A stretch of 64,000 bases of DNA, filler included, from Globobulimina sp. (lineage: Eukaryota): NCBI GenBank assembly GCA_003354225.1. It is 10 parts of 10 records of this genome, joined end to end, with 100 filler letters (N's around TTAATTAATTAA, not from the genome) between each part and the next. Parts side by side here need not be neighbours in the genome. Positions count along the whole stretch, not along the records: positions 32,317 to 38,675 come from PIVH01000306.1; positions 38,776 to 45,124 come from PIVH01000307.1; 8 more parts are not named here. The stretch is one strand, 5' to 3'. Numbering within the stretch: position 1 is the stretch's first letter; the number at the start of each line of letters is the position of its first letter. Below the pieces are notes generated by a model. It saw only the letters and a list, made by a program, of their open reading frames with translations. It was not told the origin of the DNA and searched no databases. Below are positions 32,931 through 44,118 of this stretch, piece by piece. Made by a program: the position numbers and the translations under genes.

Positions 32931-35900
32931 CTATTTAGAATACCTCAAACGTCCCGTCTTTGTCACAAAGATGACTATCGATTGCAAGATTAATTTACGG
33001 TGCTTCCATCGTATATCAGTCGGCGGAAATAATAACGTTTTTAATTCAATTTCCCATTGAGCGATTTTATAATATTCAGAGATTGTATTCATTAAAATAT
33101 TTCGCGGGGCACTATATTGCGGGCAAAATAATAAAAAGTGATCAACATCTTCTACATCACCACAAAATTGGCACCTTCCACTACAATTTGTCGTACAGCA
33201 TTGCAATTTACACCGAATATATTCAATATGCCCTTTGTTACGGCGATTTTGACGATCATAGAATGCTCGGTGTTGTCTGATATGATTATACAAATTTAGA
33301 GCAATATGACCCGAGCGTAGTTGTAGCAGAATCATCGATTGATATTGAATTAGATGCAATTCCTGTTTTGCATTGAAATGCCGTAATATGTGCCATCGCC
33401 ATTTGTATATATTATGAGAAATCAAATGGGAATCTTTCAATGTATGAATATCATTAAATTGGAGTGTTTTAGTTATCGTTTTTCGTATCAGTTTCTTGGC
33501 AGTTTTCTCAGAAACGGGTAAAGAGCGATATTTATTTTTATTATATTTATTATTATAACAATTTCGGGCTGCTTTCTTTGCAAAAAGATCTGCGATGCGA
33601 ATTCCGTGATTGGTGTCGCGTTTACATTTTTGTAAACGTATAGTTATTTTATATTTTGTATACAAATAATGAATATCGTGGTGAATGCGTTTAATATATT
33701 TTATCAAAACATAATCGTGCGTTGTTTGCAATTTTGCCACCCATAATAACGCATTTATATTGTCTGAGATTATGTGAATGAATCGATAATTTACAAGAAA
33801 GTCATCTGGCATCTTTATGATTTGCTGGATTATAGTCATAATTCCTATCAATTCCACCACGTTAATGTCAGTTGCAAAGCCAATTGATAATAGATCCTGA
33901 TGTATGGCAACAACATCATATTGTAAACAAACATGTATTTGTGAATGAATGTCAATGTCTGTATCAACACAGACATTCTGTATGTGAATATTTTCATTAT
34001 TTTGCAAATCATCCTGATATTTATTACCGTGCAAATGATTATGTATTTTATGGGTTTCTATTAACATACCAATTCCTGCACAATTTTTAAAAATAGATCC
34101 ATCGGTAAAGGCAAATAATGCATTATGTGTATTATTATTTAATTGCGTTTCTGTATACAAATTATTTATATATTCAATATATTGGCATTTGGTAATAAAG
34201 GATGGAACAAATTTCATTTTACGACCATTCTCATTCATATTAAATCTCCAGTTATAATTTACAAAATGCATTATTTTATATTGTTTTGCAACTAAAAATA
34301 TCCGAAATAATGGGTTTCTGCGGTCGTACGTCTTCATATATTGCAATTTTGCCTTTTGTGTCTTTATATGTACAGATGATAACAAATGATTATTCCAAAT
34401 AGGCATCCAATGATTGGCAATTATGTTAAACAGAATATTACGATCGTGTATATATAACAAACCAATCCAATTTTTAATCAATTTAATATCAATATAATTG
34501 TCATAATGTACGAATGGAGAGAGTATGATCAATATATCCAAAGGTATGGTATGTAACGCATTAAATAATAGCCTTATAATGCGATAATACATTTGTTTTA
34601 AAGATTTACTGTCTTTTTTAGCAGATGAACACGCAAATAATATCACTGGGTATTCGATTTTGGACAGTATCACAGACGAAAGATAATGGAATAATTTCTT
34701 TGTACGAAATTGCTGAGTATAAAAGCGAATGTTTTTTATGTCCTTAAAATCCAAATATATGCGTTGTACGATATGATTTATGTGGGTCCGTGGCGATAAA
34801 TTGTACGTTAAATAATATCCAACGTACTTTACATATGCGGCAGGTTTTGTTTTCACGACATCATTAATAGTTATTTTTGGTGTAGGTACATAATGATTTC
34901 TTTTCATGTGATTTGTATAGAAAATAATATATTTTGTTTTATTTTCAGATAGCTGCATCCCATTAAAATATAGCCAATTTACAATATTATTAATTGCATA
35001 TTGCAAATTTGTCTCAATATCATATGTAAATATCGTTTTTAGCACCGTCCAAATTACTAAGTCATCAACGTATATATATAATTTTATAGGCAAATATTGT
35101 GGAATTGCATAGTACAAAGGGTCTAAATACAACATATTTAGAAATGGACTCAATGGCCGACCCTGTGCTAATCCGATAAGCTGTAATAACCATTTTGAGC
35201 GTGTGCCATTTACAATAACTGCGCACCAACAATTAATAAATAAATCGTATATAACTCGTACATATTTTAAGGAGAAACCAAAATATCGATGCAATCGTTG
35301 TATAATAATATCATAACACACCGAGGGAAAATCTTGAGATATATCTGAGAAGATAGCATATGTTGGAATGTGTTTATTCCATCCAATATGAATATCATTT
35401 ATCATCAATGCCACGATATCCCGCGTGGATTTTCCCTTCATATTAGTAGTATTATTTGGATGTATCGAGTCACAAACAACTACAAATTCAATGCCTTTAT
35501 GTAATAGGCACAATTCATATATCTTTTTAATACATCCATTAAGAGAGATCTCTCGATAATTATTTATAAGATGAGGATCACGTTTTGGTTTAGGTATAGC
35601 TGTAATATATGTAATTTTGTGTATGCGTGGAAAGTATCCCATGTTATAGAATAAATTTAAATATGTTACCATGAAATCGATAATAAATGGATCAAGAAAC
35701 AAAAGTAATTGTACATGTATGCCGATACCGTGATTGCATTTTTTGTTTACAATTTTGAATATATAGCGAACCAAATATGCATTTATCGGACTATTCAAAG
35801 TATTTTTTGCATTATGATAATGTGCATCGTGTTGGATTAAACGTGGATTTCTCGGTTGATTTGCATATAAAATATCAGTGGAAATATTATCCATTATTGC

Positions 35901-36308
35901 CGTACATGGATAAATATCATCTTTCAATGGAATTGTTTTAAATCTAAGTCTATCCATACTGTTATAATTAGTATTTTGTATTTTGCGATGACAGAATTTG
36001 TTTGCAAATAGATTGGCTTTAATATGATTATCATGGACAATCGAATCGGTATCGTTCTCATCATTATGGATAATATATGGTATACAGTGTTTGCGTGAAC
36101 TACTTTTGCCAATTTTGCGTAGATAACGCATTGATTTATATATATTACGATGTCCTGCGATTGTTAAGTTTATATTTTGTTGCAGTTTTTTCTTTTTTGC
36201 TTTTGTACATAAACGTTTTAATGCATTTTTATGTTGTTTATATAGGGCAAATTTCGCATTTTTTGTATTATCAACACAAGACAACCAGTCACGTTTTAAC
36301 TCTCTCAA
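32931..36308 (-). CDS. LINE ORF2: RT-RNase H-zinc knuckle portion
   Basis: 1125-codon ORF with the motifs listed above; no ATG of its own, out of frame with the endonuclease fragment. Confidence 0.88.
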   Translation of the reverse strand: MRELKRDWLSCVDNTKNAKFALYKQHKNALKRLCTKAKKKKLQQNINLTIAGHRNIYKSMRYLRKIGKSSSRKHCIPYIIHNDENDTDSIVHDNHIKANLFANKFCHRKIQNTNYNSMDRLRFKTIPLKDDIYPCTAIMDNISTDILYANQPRNPRLIQHDAHYHNAKNTLNSPINAYLVRYIFKIVNKKCNHGIGIHVQLLLFLDPFIIDFMVTYLNLFYNMGYFPRIHKITYITAIPKPKRDPHLINNYREISLNGCIKKIYELCLLHKGIEFVVVCDSIHPNNTTNMKGKSTRDIVALMINDIHIGWNKHIPTYAIFSDISQDFPSVCYDIIIQRLHRYFGFSLKYVRVIYDLFINCWCAVIVNGTRSKWLLQLIGLAQGRPLSPFLNMLYLDPLYYAIPQYLPIKLYIYVDDLVIWTVLKTIFTYDIETNLQYAINNIVNWLYFNGMQLSENKTKYIIFYTNHMKRNHYVPTPKITINDVVKTKPAAYVKYVGYYLTYNLSPRTHINHIVQRIYLDFKDIKNIRFYTQQFRTKKLFHYLSSVILSKIEYPVILFACSSAKKDSKSLKQMYYRIIRLLFNALHTIPLDILIILSPFVHYDNYIDIKLIKNWIGLLYIHDRNILFNIIANHWMPIWNNHLLSSVHIKTQKAKLQYMKTYDRRNPLFRIFLVAKQYKIMHFVNYNWRFNMNENGRKMKFVPSFITKCQYIEYINNLYTETQLNNNTHNALFAFTDGSIFKNCAGIGMLIETHKIHNHLHGNKYQDDLQNNENIHIQNVCVDTDIDIHSQIHVCLQYDVVAIHQDLLSIGFATDINVVELIGIMTIIQQIIKMPDDFLVNYRFIHIISDNINALLWVAKLQTTHDYVLIKYIKRIHHDIHYLYTKYKITIRLQKCKRDTNHGIRIADLFAKKAARNCYNNKYNKNKYRSLPVSEKTAKKLIRKTITKTLQFNDIHTLKDSHLISHNIYKWRWHILRHFNAKQELHLIQYQSMILLQLRSGHIALNLYNHIRQHRAFYDRQNRRNKGHIEYIRCKLQCCTTNCSGRCQFCGDVEDVDHFLLFCPQYSAPRNILMNTISEYYKIAQWEIELKTLLFPPTDIRWKHRKLILQSIVIFVTKTGRLRYSK

Positions 36309-36782
36309 TTTATTGCTCGTCTCAATGCTTTGGATAAGAGATCAATATCAATAAAGGTACCAAGGATTTGATGTTGTTGCTGTAAATCAATATGAATGAT
36401 ATCAATATACTCTTCGTAGCCATTTTTTATGTATACAACATTTTTGAGGCATGGATCAAACATTTGAATGCCATTTTTTGTATGAAAATATCCATCGATA
36501 TCTGGCGGAGTTAAAGGTGATGCATAACGTACAGAAACCTCTTGCAATGCAACAATAACTGGCTCTAACTCGTCAACAACATCCTGTAATGTATCCAATT
36601 TAGATTTATTATATCCATTTTTGCCATTATCGATTAACAAACCATTAATATTGAAGGATAATATGGGCAGAGAAGTATCATAATAATCTCTGTTGATATA
36701 TCGCAAAATACTATGACTATCAATTATATCTGGATGCGAATGCCGACGTTTCCATTGTTTATCGCTATTCTGTGTCAATGTC
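36305..36782 (-). pseudogene. Truncated AP-endonuclease domain of LINE ORF2
   Basis: Has the NxNGL and LQE motifs but lacks the later GDxN and SDH motifs before the frame change near 36345. Confidence 0.72.
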
Positions 36783-37441
36783 ATAATTATAATTAATAAA
36801 TAAAACAATTTCATTTCGCATCCAAGATAATATAAATAAAGGAATATCATCATAGGCAATAATTTGATACGTATCGCAAATGCATAATAAATATACTTCA
36901 AATCGAAAAACAACGAGATTTATTTGATTGGGTGGAGAATAATCAATATTTATTTGATTGTATGGAAAATAATATATATGTACATAGATTGGATATAAAT
37001 AATTAATAAAAACGATTTGTATCAATTCAGATGCTATACAAATAAAAGCCGAATGAGAATTGATATCAAATTCATGTAAATACAAAATAAAAATTATATT
37101 ATAAAAAATCTCAAATCTAGAGACTAATCCATAGAGGAATTGAGAATGAAAAATCAAAAACAAAACATAGATCAAAGCAAAACTGGGATTTCTATATTTA
37201 TTAAGTATATAATTACAAAAATTAAATTTATTGATAAAAAGAACAAAAAACAAAGCAATATCATCAATATCAAAAACCAAATGCCAATATCGATGAAAGT
37301 AAAGTTTAATTAAATAATAAGAGACAAAAATAACTAATTTAAAAATGAAATAAACATTCCATAGCGAGCTAATTGTATGCAATGAAAATGTCAGCCATAC
37401 AAAATGAATATGGCCAGATCTCTTATTATGGTTTAAAATGA

Positions 37442-38557
37442 TTACGATCGGGTCGAGCGGTCTTTATTTTGTCGCTCTTTATAATTTGTATGTTTTTGTT
37501 TGATGCGCATGCTACGAATCCATTTATTTTGCGTATTTGTACCGGGTTGAAATATTCGTTTAATATTTAAATCTTTATTATCTGTTTTATTTTTATCTGT
37601 ATTGGAATTTTCTGGCGGGTCCATATATTGTTCATCGTTATAATCATCATACTTTTGTTGATTATTATTATTTAAAAAATCTTTTCTGTTTTTTACTGTT
37701 TTTGTAAATAATTCCAATTTATAACGAGTGCGTTTTGATTTGTTTGCTAATTTATTATTATTATTTGATTGGTTTTTATTCAGTTTTTGTTGTTTATTTT
37801 TATTTGCTAATTTAGTCTGAATATTATTATAATTGATATCGCTGTCTGTTGCACTTGAAACGCCGTAAGGTTTTTCACTCAAACTTCGTTTTCGCGTACT
37901 TTTATCATCAACATCAGGGCTCTCTAATAGTGAGTGACTGGATAACTGAGTTTGCGTATCAATAATAGGCGTATTCTGCGATGAATCTACGTCGTCAATG
38001 TCCATAGATGCGATATCGCGTATGGCCGTCACTAATAAGTCGTTGCTATCACGTAATGTAACTATGCCATCGGGCAATGTATTATATACCATGCCAGATC
38101 GTGTGCGACGTCGTGAGTCATTGATATCTAATTTAAGGGATGAAGAGAATAAAAGATTAATATCAACAGATTTCTCCCGCTCATTATTAGAGGGTCCTCG
38201 ATCATCATCGCGCTCATTATCCGAATTATTTACTTTATTATAATCATTTTTATCAACAACACTCGATTTTGCGTCATCAACAACACTCGATTTTGCGTCA
38301 TCATCACTGGGGATTTCCGGCGGTAAATTGCCGGTAAAATGACTCGATTCATCAATAGTTAATTCTGAATAAATTAATTGCGTATCATCCAAGGCTGTAT
38401 CATTTAATTGGGTGTCATCTAATTCTGTAGGGGATAATTGCGTATTTGATAGGGCCGTTTGTAGCATCGCTGCAAAATGAGGTGAGTTTGATGAGTCAAC
38501 CTCATGTTTATCGCTATGAACGTTTTTAGGCACAAAGGCTGCAGCATTAATATTCAA
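37442..38557 (-). CDS. Putative LINE ORF1 (low complexity, basic C-terminus); may extend to the contig end
   Basis: Same strand, upstream of ORF2; contains a 24-bp tandem repeat (DDAKSSVV x2); no zinc knuckle seen. Confidence 0.5.
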   Translation of the reverse strand: MNINAAAFVPKNVHSDKHEVDSSNSPHFAAMLQTALSNTQLSPTELDDTQLNDTALDDTQLIYSELTIDESSHFTGNLPPEIPSDDDAKSSVVDDAKSSVVDKNDYNKVNNSDNERDDDRGPSNNEREKSVDINLLFSSSLKLDINDSRRRTRSGMVYNTLPDGIVTLRDSNDLLVTAIRDIASMDIDDVDSSQNTPIIDTQTQLSSHSLLESPDVDDKSTRKRSLSEKPYGVSSATDSDINYNNIQTKLANKNKQQKLNKNQSNNNNKLANKSKRTRYKLELFTKTVKNRKDFLNNNNQQKYDDYNDEQYMDPPENSNTDKNKTDNKDLNIKRIFQPGTNTQNKWIRSMRIKQKHTNYKERQNKDRSTRS

Positions 38558-38775
38558 TGTATGGTATGAAGATAATTCATCTTTTTCATCGTTTTTATCG
38601 TTTTCAGGGTCCGAATCATTATCATTTACATCGTTGTGCGACGCGTCAGCATTATCATTTGTATCATTATCTGGTNNNNNNNNNNNNNNNNNNNNNNNNN
38701 NNNNNNNNNNNNNNNNNNNTTAATTAATTAANNNNNNNNNNNNNNNNNNNNNNNNNNNNNNNNNNNNNNNNNNNN

Positions 38776-41411
38776 GCACGGTTAATTTGTTCATTAATTA
38801 TTTCATTATCAAATGGACATTGTTTATTAATCACAGCAGATGTAACATATTGAATGAATCTAGTTAGTGTGGGACAATCTATATGTTGCCAATGTTTAAC
38901 ATATTGTTTCAGCAGATTTTGCTGCATAACATTGAGAGTAATCAATAGTAAAATAAAAATAAATGTAGTATTTTCAAAGCGATGTGTATGTTTAATATTT
39001 TTTTGTTTGATAAATTGCATTCCTGTCGGTCTGTTACCGATTAATCTATGTGATGATAATATATGTGTTGGAGTGGTGATAGATTTATTGCCAGCATTAA
39101 TATTGAATTTATTGAAAAACTGTTTTCTCGAATTTGTTATCGGACATACGTTTTCGTAATGTGAATAGGCTGCATTTCTGGCAATAACAATAGGTTCAGC
39201 ATTGAACTGGGATGAATTTGCTGCTTTTGGACCCACCACTAAAGTCGGAGGAGATTGTACATAACTGTTGATAATAAGAATTGGGCGATCAAATAAGTCT
39301 GAAATAATATATGGTAACAAATCAAATAATTTGCTGTTCCAGTATCCAGAATGTCTATATTTGAAATTAGTATAATCAGAAGTATAATGACGAAGCGAGC
39401 CACCTTTAAAATCACCAATATACATAGCAATATATTGTTTTGCTGCTGGATTTGTTGGGTCAATCAAAATGTGTAATTGTTGGCGCACAATACTTCCATC
39501 TCGAGCTAATAATTGTGAATGTGCACGCGATGCAGATATTAGTAAGGAATCACCATTTTTATCAACACGATCATTGGATATTTTCATCCCAATGGAGAGG
39601 AGACTATCATTCAAATATGCAGTGTGCGAATCAGTTTCATATTTGGATATTTCAATACGAGGAAAGAATACAGGACTCGCGAAACTAATATGGGAATGAA
39701 TTCTTTTCTGTTTTAATATACAATTTGTAAAATAAATATTTTTAGAAGCTTGAATGAGTGGATCTGCATATGTTCTCAAATTGGATTGGATAAAATTGGT
39801 ATTGAGTTTTGGTGTTTTTAATGAAAACTGTAAATAAGAAATATCCCAGATCGATGGAATAGGCCTCAAAAGAGTTGGATTAATTTTATGTGTTTTCATC
39901 AAATTTTTAAATTGATTGTATGTTGGAATATGTTTCTTATTCGCACCGTAATTTAATATCCATGGAATGAATAAAGCTTTAGCGAGAATCGGAGATATAT
40001 CACTGATATGTGAAAATGTATATTTTATATGCTTATGACATCCTTCGTTGCCGCTGGTTGTTTCATACGGAGGTATATTGGATAAACAACCATTTTCAAT
40101 ATGCTTTTTAATCAAATTTTTAATCTCGGTATCAAAAGTAGTTTGTTTTCCAGAATCCGCACTAAGTAACACTGGGCCCTCTCGAATTAAAAACCCTTTC
40201 TCAGCATGTTTTTTCGTCGACCATGTTTTGCGCCAAGTGATTAAATTTGATTTGATTGTTCCAGGATCTGCAGTATTATGTTCATGACGAGCACCATTGT
40301 AATAAAATATATTACTGAGATCGTTTACAGCTGGTGAATAATACGGATGATTTTTGCGTAAACAAGATGCTATTCGCTTTATGGCATGCCAAAGATCTAA
40401 CTTTATCAAAGCAAATGGATGAACAGAGGACCAAAATACTTTGTCTGTGCAGCATCTATCTGATATAACCATTTTAACTGATTTTATTGATTCGATCGCT
40501 TCATGCATATCACGAACATTTTCCATATGGGTGGTATTGCAAAATCTGAATAATAATGGTGTCTTACTATTCATTATCATATAACAGCCGGAAGCAATAT
40601 TAACTTGTTTGCCATCGATGCTAAGTTTTATTTTGGATGCAATTTTGAACGTGTGATCGACCGTTAGTATTTCGCAATGATCCATAGTATTAAAGCAATA
40701 GTTCCAATATGGCGTTTGATTTGTAAATTCATCCGTATACAAATTGGTAAAATAATTGTTGTGAGATTGATATTGTGGAATAAATGGTGGAAATAGTTTT
40801 ATTTGATTTACCGGTGTATTATGAAACATTTGCCAATCAATATACAATGTTTCCTGCATATAATATTGTTCTTTATGTGATTTAATAAGCATATCTGATA
40901 AAGTATTAATACCCACTCCGCGAATAACTGAATTTTGTATCTTAGATAAAATATCGGTATGTATACTATTGCGTCCTGTTAAAATAAATGGAAACTTATT
41001 TCTGATTAATGATGGTAACGAATTCATGTATTGGACACTTGTGGATGTAACCGCTGCATGTCGTGAAGGGCAAGCATATGAAGCGCTAATCAATAGCAGA
41101 TTGCCATGTTCATCTATAACGGAACGAGGAGCATTTGTTTTGTATGTTGAAAAGGATTTGGTTGTGAATGTTTGAGAACATTGATTGCATGTTGGATATG
41201 ATTGAGAATATTGTTTAATGGGATCCCAAATAAATAAATGAGGTAATGTAAATTGTCTAAAATCTGGAGATGTAATAACTTGTGGACCAAATATTTGTTC
41301 TAATTGTCCGATATCCGGTGTAATAATGGCAGCTTTATATGGATTTGCTTTATGTAAACATATAACGTGGCTGATCCATAAATCATCGTATTTGTTTGTG
41401 TTAGCGTGCAT
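38776..41411 (-). CDS. Zisupton-like DDE transposase with a C-terminal OTU-like domain; 3' end cut by the contig end
   Basis: LFIWDP..CNQC..PRSVID..YAC..H..FPFILT N-domain; LTVDHTFK, ISDRCCTD, IKLDLWHAIKRI, TSGNEGCHKHI core; DKNGDSLL...DLLPYIISDLFDRPILII...SHYE OTU-like fold. Confidence 0.72.
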
Positions 41412-41442
41412 CCAACAAAATGCCAACAAAATCCCAATATTT

Positions 41443-41862
41443 GTGAATATAATATTGATGTAACTGATTATGACAATATTTGTGATTATGACAATATAAT
41501 ATTGATGTAACTGATTATGATAATATTGATGTAACAATTTATGCCAACAATTGATGTAGCAATTATTATGTAAGAATTATGTTGGAATTATGCAGAAATT
41601 ATGTTGGAATTATGCAGAAATTATGTTATCTCATTATAACTTGTCTTTTTTTTTTGTGTTGTAACTTGACTACTAACTTGACTAATTCACATATAGCATA
41701 TATATAATTTACATTTATTAAGTCAAACTTTTAGTAGTCAAGTAGTCAAGTAGTCAAGTTTGATCGTGACTTGAATATTAACTTTTAGTAGTCAAGTAGT
41801 CAAGTAGTCAAGTAGTCAACTTATTATTAACAATCATGAGTAGTCAAGTAGTCAAGTAGTCA
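41443..41862. repeat. Repeat-rich block: ATATTGATGTAACTGATTATGA x2-3, AATTATGTTGGAATTATGCAGA x2, and arrays of TAGTCAAG in both orientations
   Basis: CTTGACTA copies at 41664-41683; TAGTCAAG arrays at about 41735-41759, 41789-41819 and 41841-41862. Confidence 0.85.
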
Positions 41863-41887
41863 TCTGTTATTATATGGAACACCTAAG

Positions 41888-42661
41888 TATTTTGTGACCA
41901 GTTCAGATTCGGCCTCGTATGTTATTGATCTGATCACCACGAATGGCGAGGAGAATGGACCGAAGTTGCAACGGACCTTTTGGGCGTTGACGGAGGGTGC
42001 CACTGCTTGCGTTGTCTTAGTGGCGGGCGGTTCCGATGCATTGTATGCGTTGCAAACGGTGTCGATTGTGAGCGCATTGCCATTTTGTTTTGTTTTATTG
42101 TTGATGATACATTCATTGCTTACCGTGTTTCGACAGGATGTCGCAAATATGCATCGGGCACAATTGCAACCGGGAATGGCTGCGAAAACAATAATTTCTG
42201 AAGACGTTGAAGAGAAAGAGAAGGCATATCAGGAAAGTGAGGGTGAGGGTGATGAGGATTATTTTGGTGAAGAATGGCATGTTGATTTCTTGGATGCGGC
42301 TTTTAATTCTTTTGAAATGTGTCTATGTTCGTTTGTGTTTCCATGTTACTTACAATATAAAAATGGTGCAAAAATTAAATTACATAATAATTGCCGGTTT
42401 GGGTGGAAAATTATTTATTTTGTACCGCCAGTGGCATTTGTTGTACTTTTATTTTGTGGCATTATTGATATGGGATTTTTTTATATCGCGTGGACAATTT
42501 ACGTATTTATTGCATTTTTTGGTGTTTATCAAAGATTGAAAATAAGGGCATATTACAAAATCAGAGGGAATGCGTGTTGTGATGTATTTGCACATTTATG
42601 TTGCTATTTTTTTGCTGTGTCACAAGAGTCTATGCAGTGTGATTATGAAGTGTTGATTTGA
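41888..42661 (+). CDS. BCCT (betaine/choline/carnitine) transporter C-terminal part fused to a PLAC8-like domain; 5' part missing
   Basis: YFVTSSDSASYVID, QRTFWALTEGA, ALQTVSIVSALPF (BCCT); CLCSFVFPCYL...RLKIRAYYKIRGNACCDVFAHLCCYFFAVSQE (PLAC8). Confidence 0.8.
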   Translation, partial: YFVTSSDSASYVIDLITTNGEENGPKLQRTFWALTEGATACVVLVAGGSDALYALQTVSIVSALPFCFVLLLMIHSLLTVFRQDVANMHRAQLQPGMAAKTIISEDVEEKEKAYQESEGEGDEDYFGEEWHVDFLDAAFNSFEMCLCSFVFPCYLQYKNGAKIKLHNNCRFGWKIIYFVPPVAFVVLLFCGIIDMGFFYIAWTIYVFIAFFGVYQRLKIRAYYKIRGNACCDVFAHLCCYFFAVSQESMQCDYEVLI

Positions 42662-42732
42662 TTTGATTAATTATTCTGTTCACAGCATAAATCCGAGAAA
42701 CTGCGCTTGAGTACACATTAAAGCTCAGCACC

Positions 42733-44118
42733 ATGTCACGCTCAACCAGCCCAAGCGACGAAGACGAAAAACAACACGATCCTGATCCAAACTACGTGGA
42801 CTGGAAAAATATGCAAAACATCCATGTTGTTTGTCGTTTCCGTCCCATTAATCACCGTGAACGTAGAGAAGAAAAACACGCCAAATTAAGCGACATCCCG
42901 CCAACAACCACAAACCACGGCCAATGTGTCAACATCCATCGCCATCGCCACAGCCACGACTCTATCAAACATGGCAGCTCTCCGTTACGATTCCATCTCG
43001 ATCGAGTATTACCTTCCACCACCTCTCAAAAAGCAATGTATAAAATAGCAGCCAAACCAATGGTGGACGCCTGTCTCGCTGGTTACAATGCCACCATACT
43101 CGCGTATGGCCAGACTGGCTCCGGCAAAACTTACACAATGTTCGGCCCTAAAAAGCCGAAATCTGACCAAATCGGCTGCGTCCAACGCAGCTTATCGTAC
43201 CTATTCGCACAGTTAAACCGCAGAAAGAAGAAGAAACGCGTTACGAAATGGAAAGTACTTCTCCATTTTGTGCAGTTATACCGAGAGCAATGGATGGATT
43301 TATTGGAGCCGGCGCACGCCGACAAGAAGCACATTCGCTTCGACCCCGTCACCAATTCTCCATACGTACCCAATTTGAAATCCGTGGACGTGCGTGGCAT
43401 GGATGAAGTGAATGCGTTCTTAGCCGTGGCGCAGCAAAACCGCGTGACTGAGAAGACTGCGATCAACGCAGCGTCGTCGCGCTCGCATATGATACTGACC
43501 TTGCAAATGGAGCAGACGCTCTGCGATGGCACGCTCAAGAAATCCAAGTTGCACTTCGCAGACTTGGCGGACAGCGAATCGTATGACTCCAACGACGCCA
43601 ATCAGAAGAAAATGGCGGAAATGGCCAACATCAACTTGTCATTGACCAACTTGACGACGTGCATAAACTATCTGAGTAAAGGCCGCAAAGCCTCCCATCG
43701 TTCGGCGCAATTAACCTTTTACTTAATGGACGGTTTGGGCGGTAACAGCAAGACTACCTTGGCAGTGTTGGCCTCGCCGCATATATGTAATCGCAACGAG
43801 ACCATTCGAGCGTTGCGCTTCGCAAAGACTGCCAAAGCGGTGAGGAATAAGGCCAAAGTGAACAAGGCGATGAGCAGAGCCAAGTTGGTGGCGTTGGTCA
43901 AGAAGTTGCAGCGAGAAAACAAGCAATTAAAGGCGAGGCTGGCGCTGTTCGACGAGCACTGCGCTGTGGACACGGACAAAAAGAGCAGTTTGCGGACACG
44001 CGGCCGTTCGAAGAGTATGCAGTCGTTGACACGTACAGCGACAACGCCGCGATTAATAGTGGAAAAGTACAGATCGGTTGATTTGCAAACAAGCGTTGCT
44101 GACCATATTCATTTGTAG
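42733..44118 (+). CDS. Divergent kinesin motor-domain protein
   Basis: IHVVCRFRP, AYGQTGSGKTYTM, SSRSH, DLADSE (variant switch II), INLSL, LGGNSKT, ETIRALRFA, then a short coiled coil. Confidence 0.93.
   Translation: MSRSTSPSDEDEKQHDPDPNYVDWKNMQNIHVVCRFRPINHRERREEKHAKLSDIPPTTTNHGQCVNIHRHRHSHDSIKHGSSPLRFHLDRVLPSTTSQKAMYKIAAKPMVDACLAGYNATILAYGQTGSGKTYTMFGPKKPKSDQIGCVQRSLSYLFAQLNRRKKKKRVTKWKVLLHFVQLYREQWMDLLEPAHADKKHIRFDPVTNSPYVPNLKSVDVRGMDEVNAFLAVAQQNRVTEKTAINAASSRSHMILTLQMEQTLCDGTLKKSKLHFADLADSESYDSNDANQKKMAEMANINLSLTNLTTCINYLSKGRKASHRSAQLTFYLMDGLGGNSKTTLAVLASPHICNRNETIRALRFAKTAKAVRNKAKVNKAMSRAKLVALVKKLQRENKQLKARLALFDEHCAVDTDKKSSLRTRGRSKSMQSLTRTATTPRLIVEKYRSVDLQTSVADHIHL

Larger units (their letters stand above)
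32931..38675 (-). mobile_element. Non-LTR retrotransposon (APE-RT-RNaseH-CCHC, I-group-like) with putative ORF1; defective copy
   Basis: APE N-terminus SFNINGL...ALQEV (36305-36782); RT IPKPKRD..NYREISL, FSDISQDF, GLAQGRPLSP, YVDD; RNase H FTDGS, VELIGI, ISDN, IADLFAK; CQFCGDVEDVDHFLLFC; upstream ORF 37442-38557. Confidence 0.9.

Noticed and set aside
36765-37382. 205-aa hydrophobic ORF between LINE ORF1 and ORF2
   Set aside because: TTG start, T-rich composition and no motif; probably an inter-ORF spacer.
41720-41862. Repeat array as CRISPR or telomere
   Set aside because: The units are 8-bp tandem repeats without unique spacers, no cas genes are present, and the array is internal and in mixed orientation.
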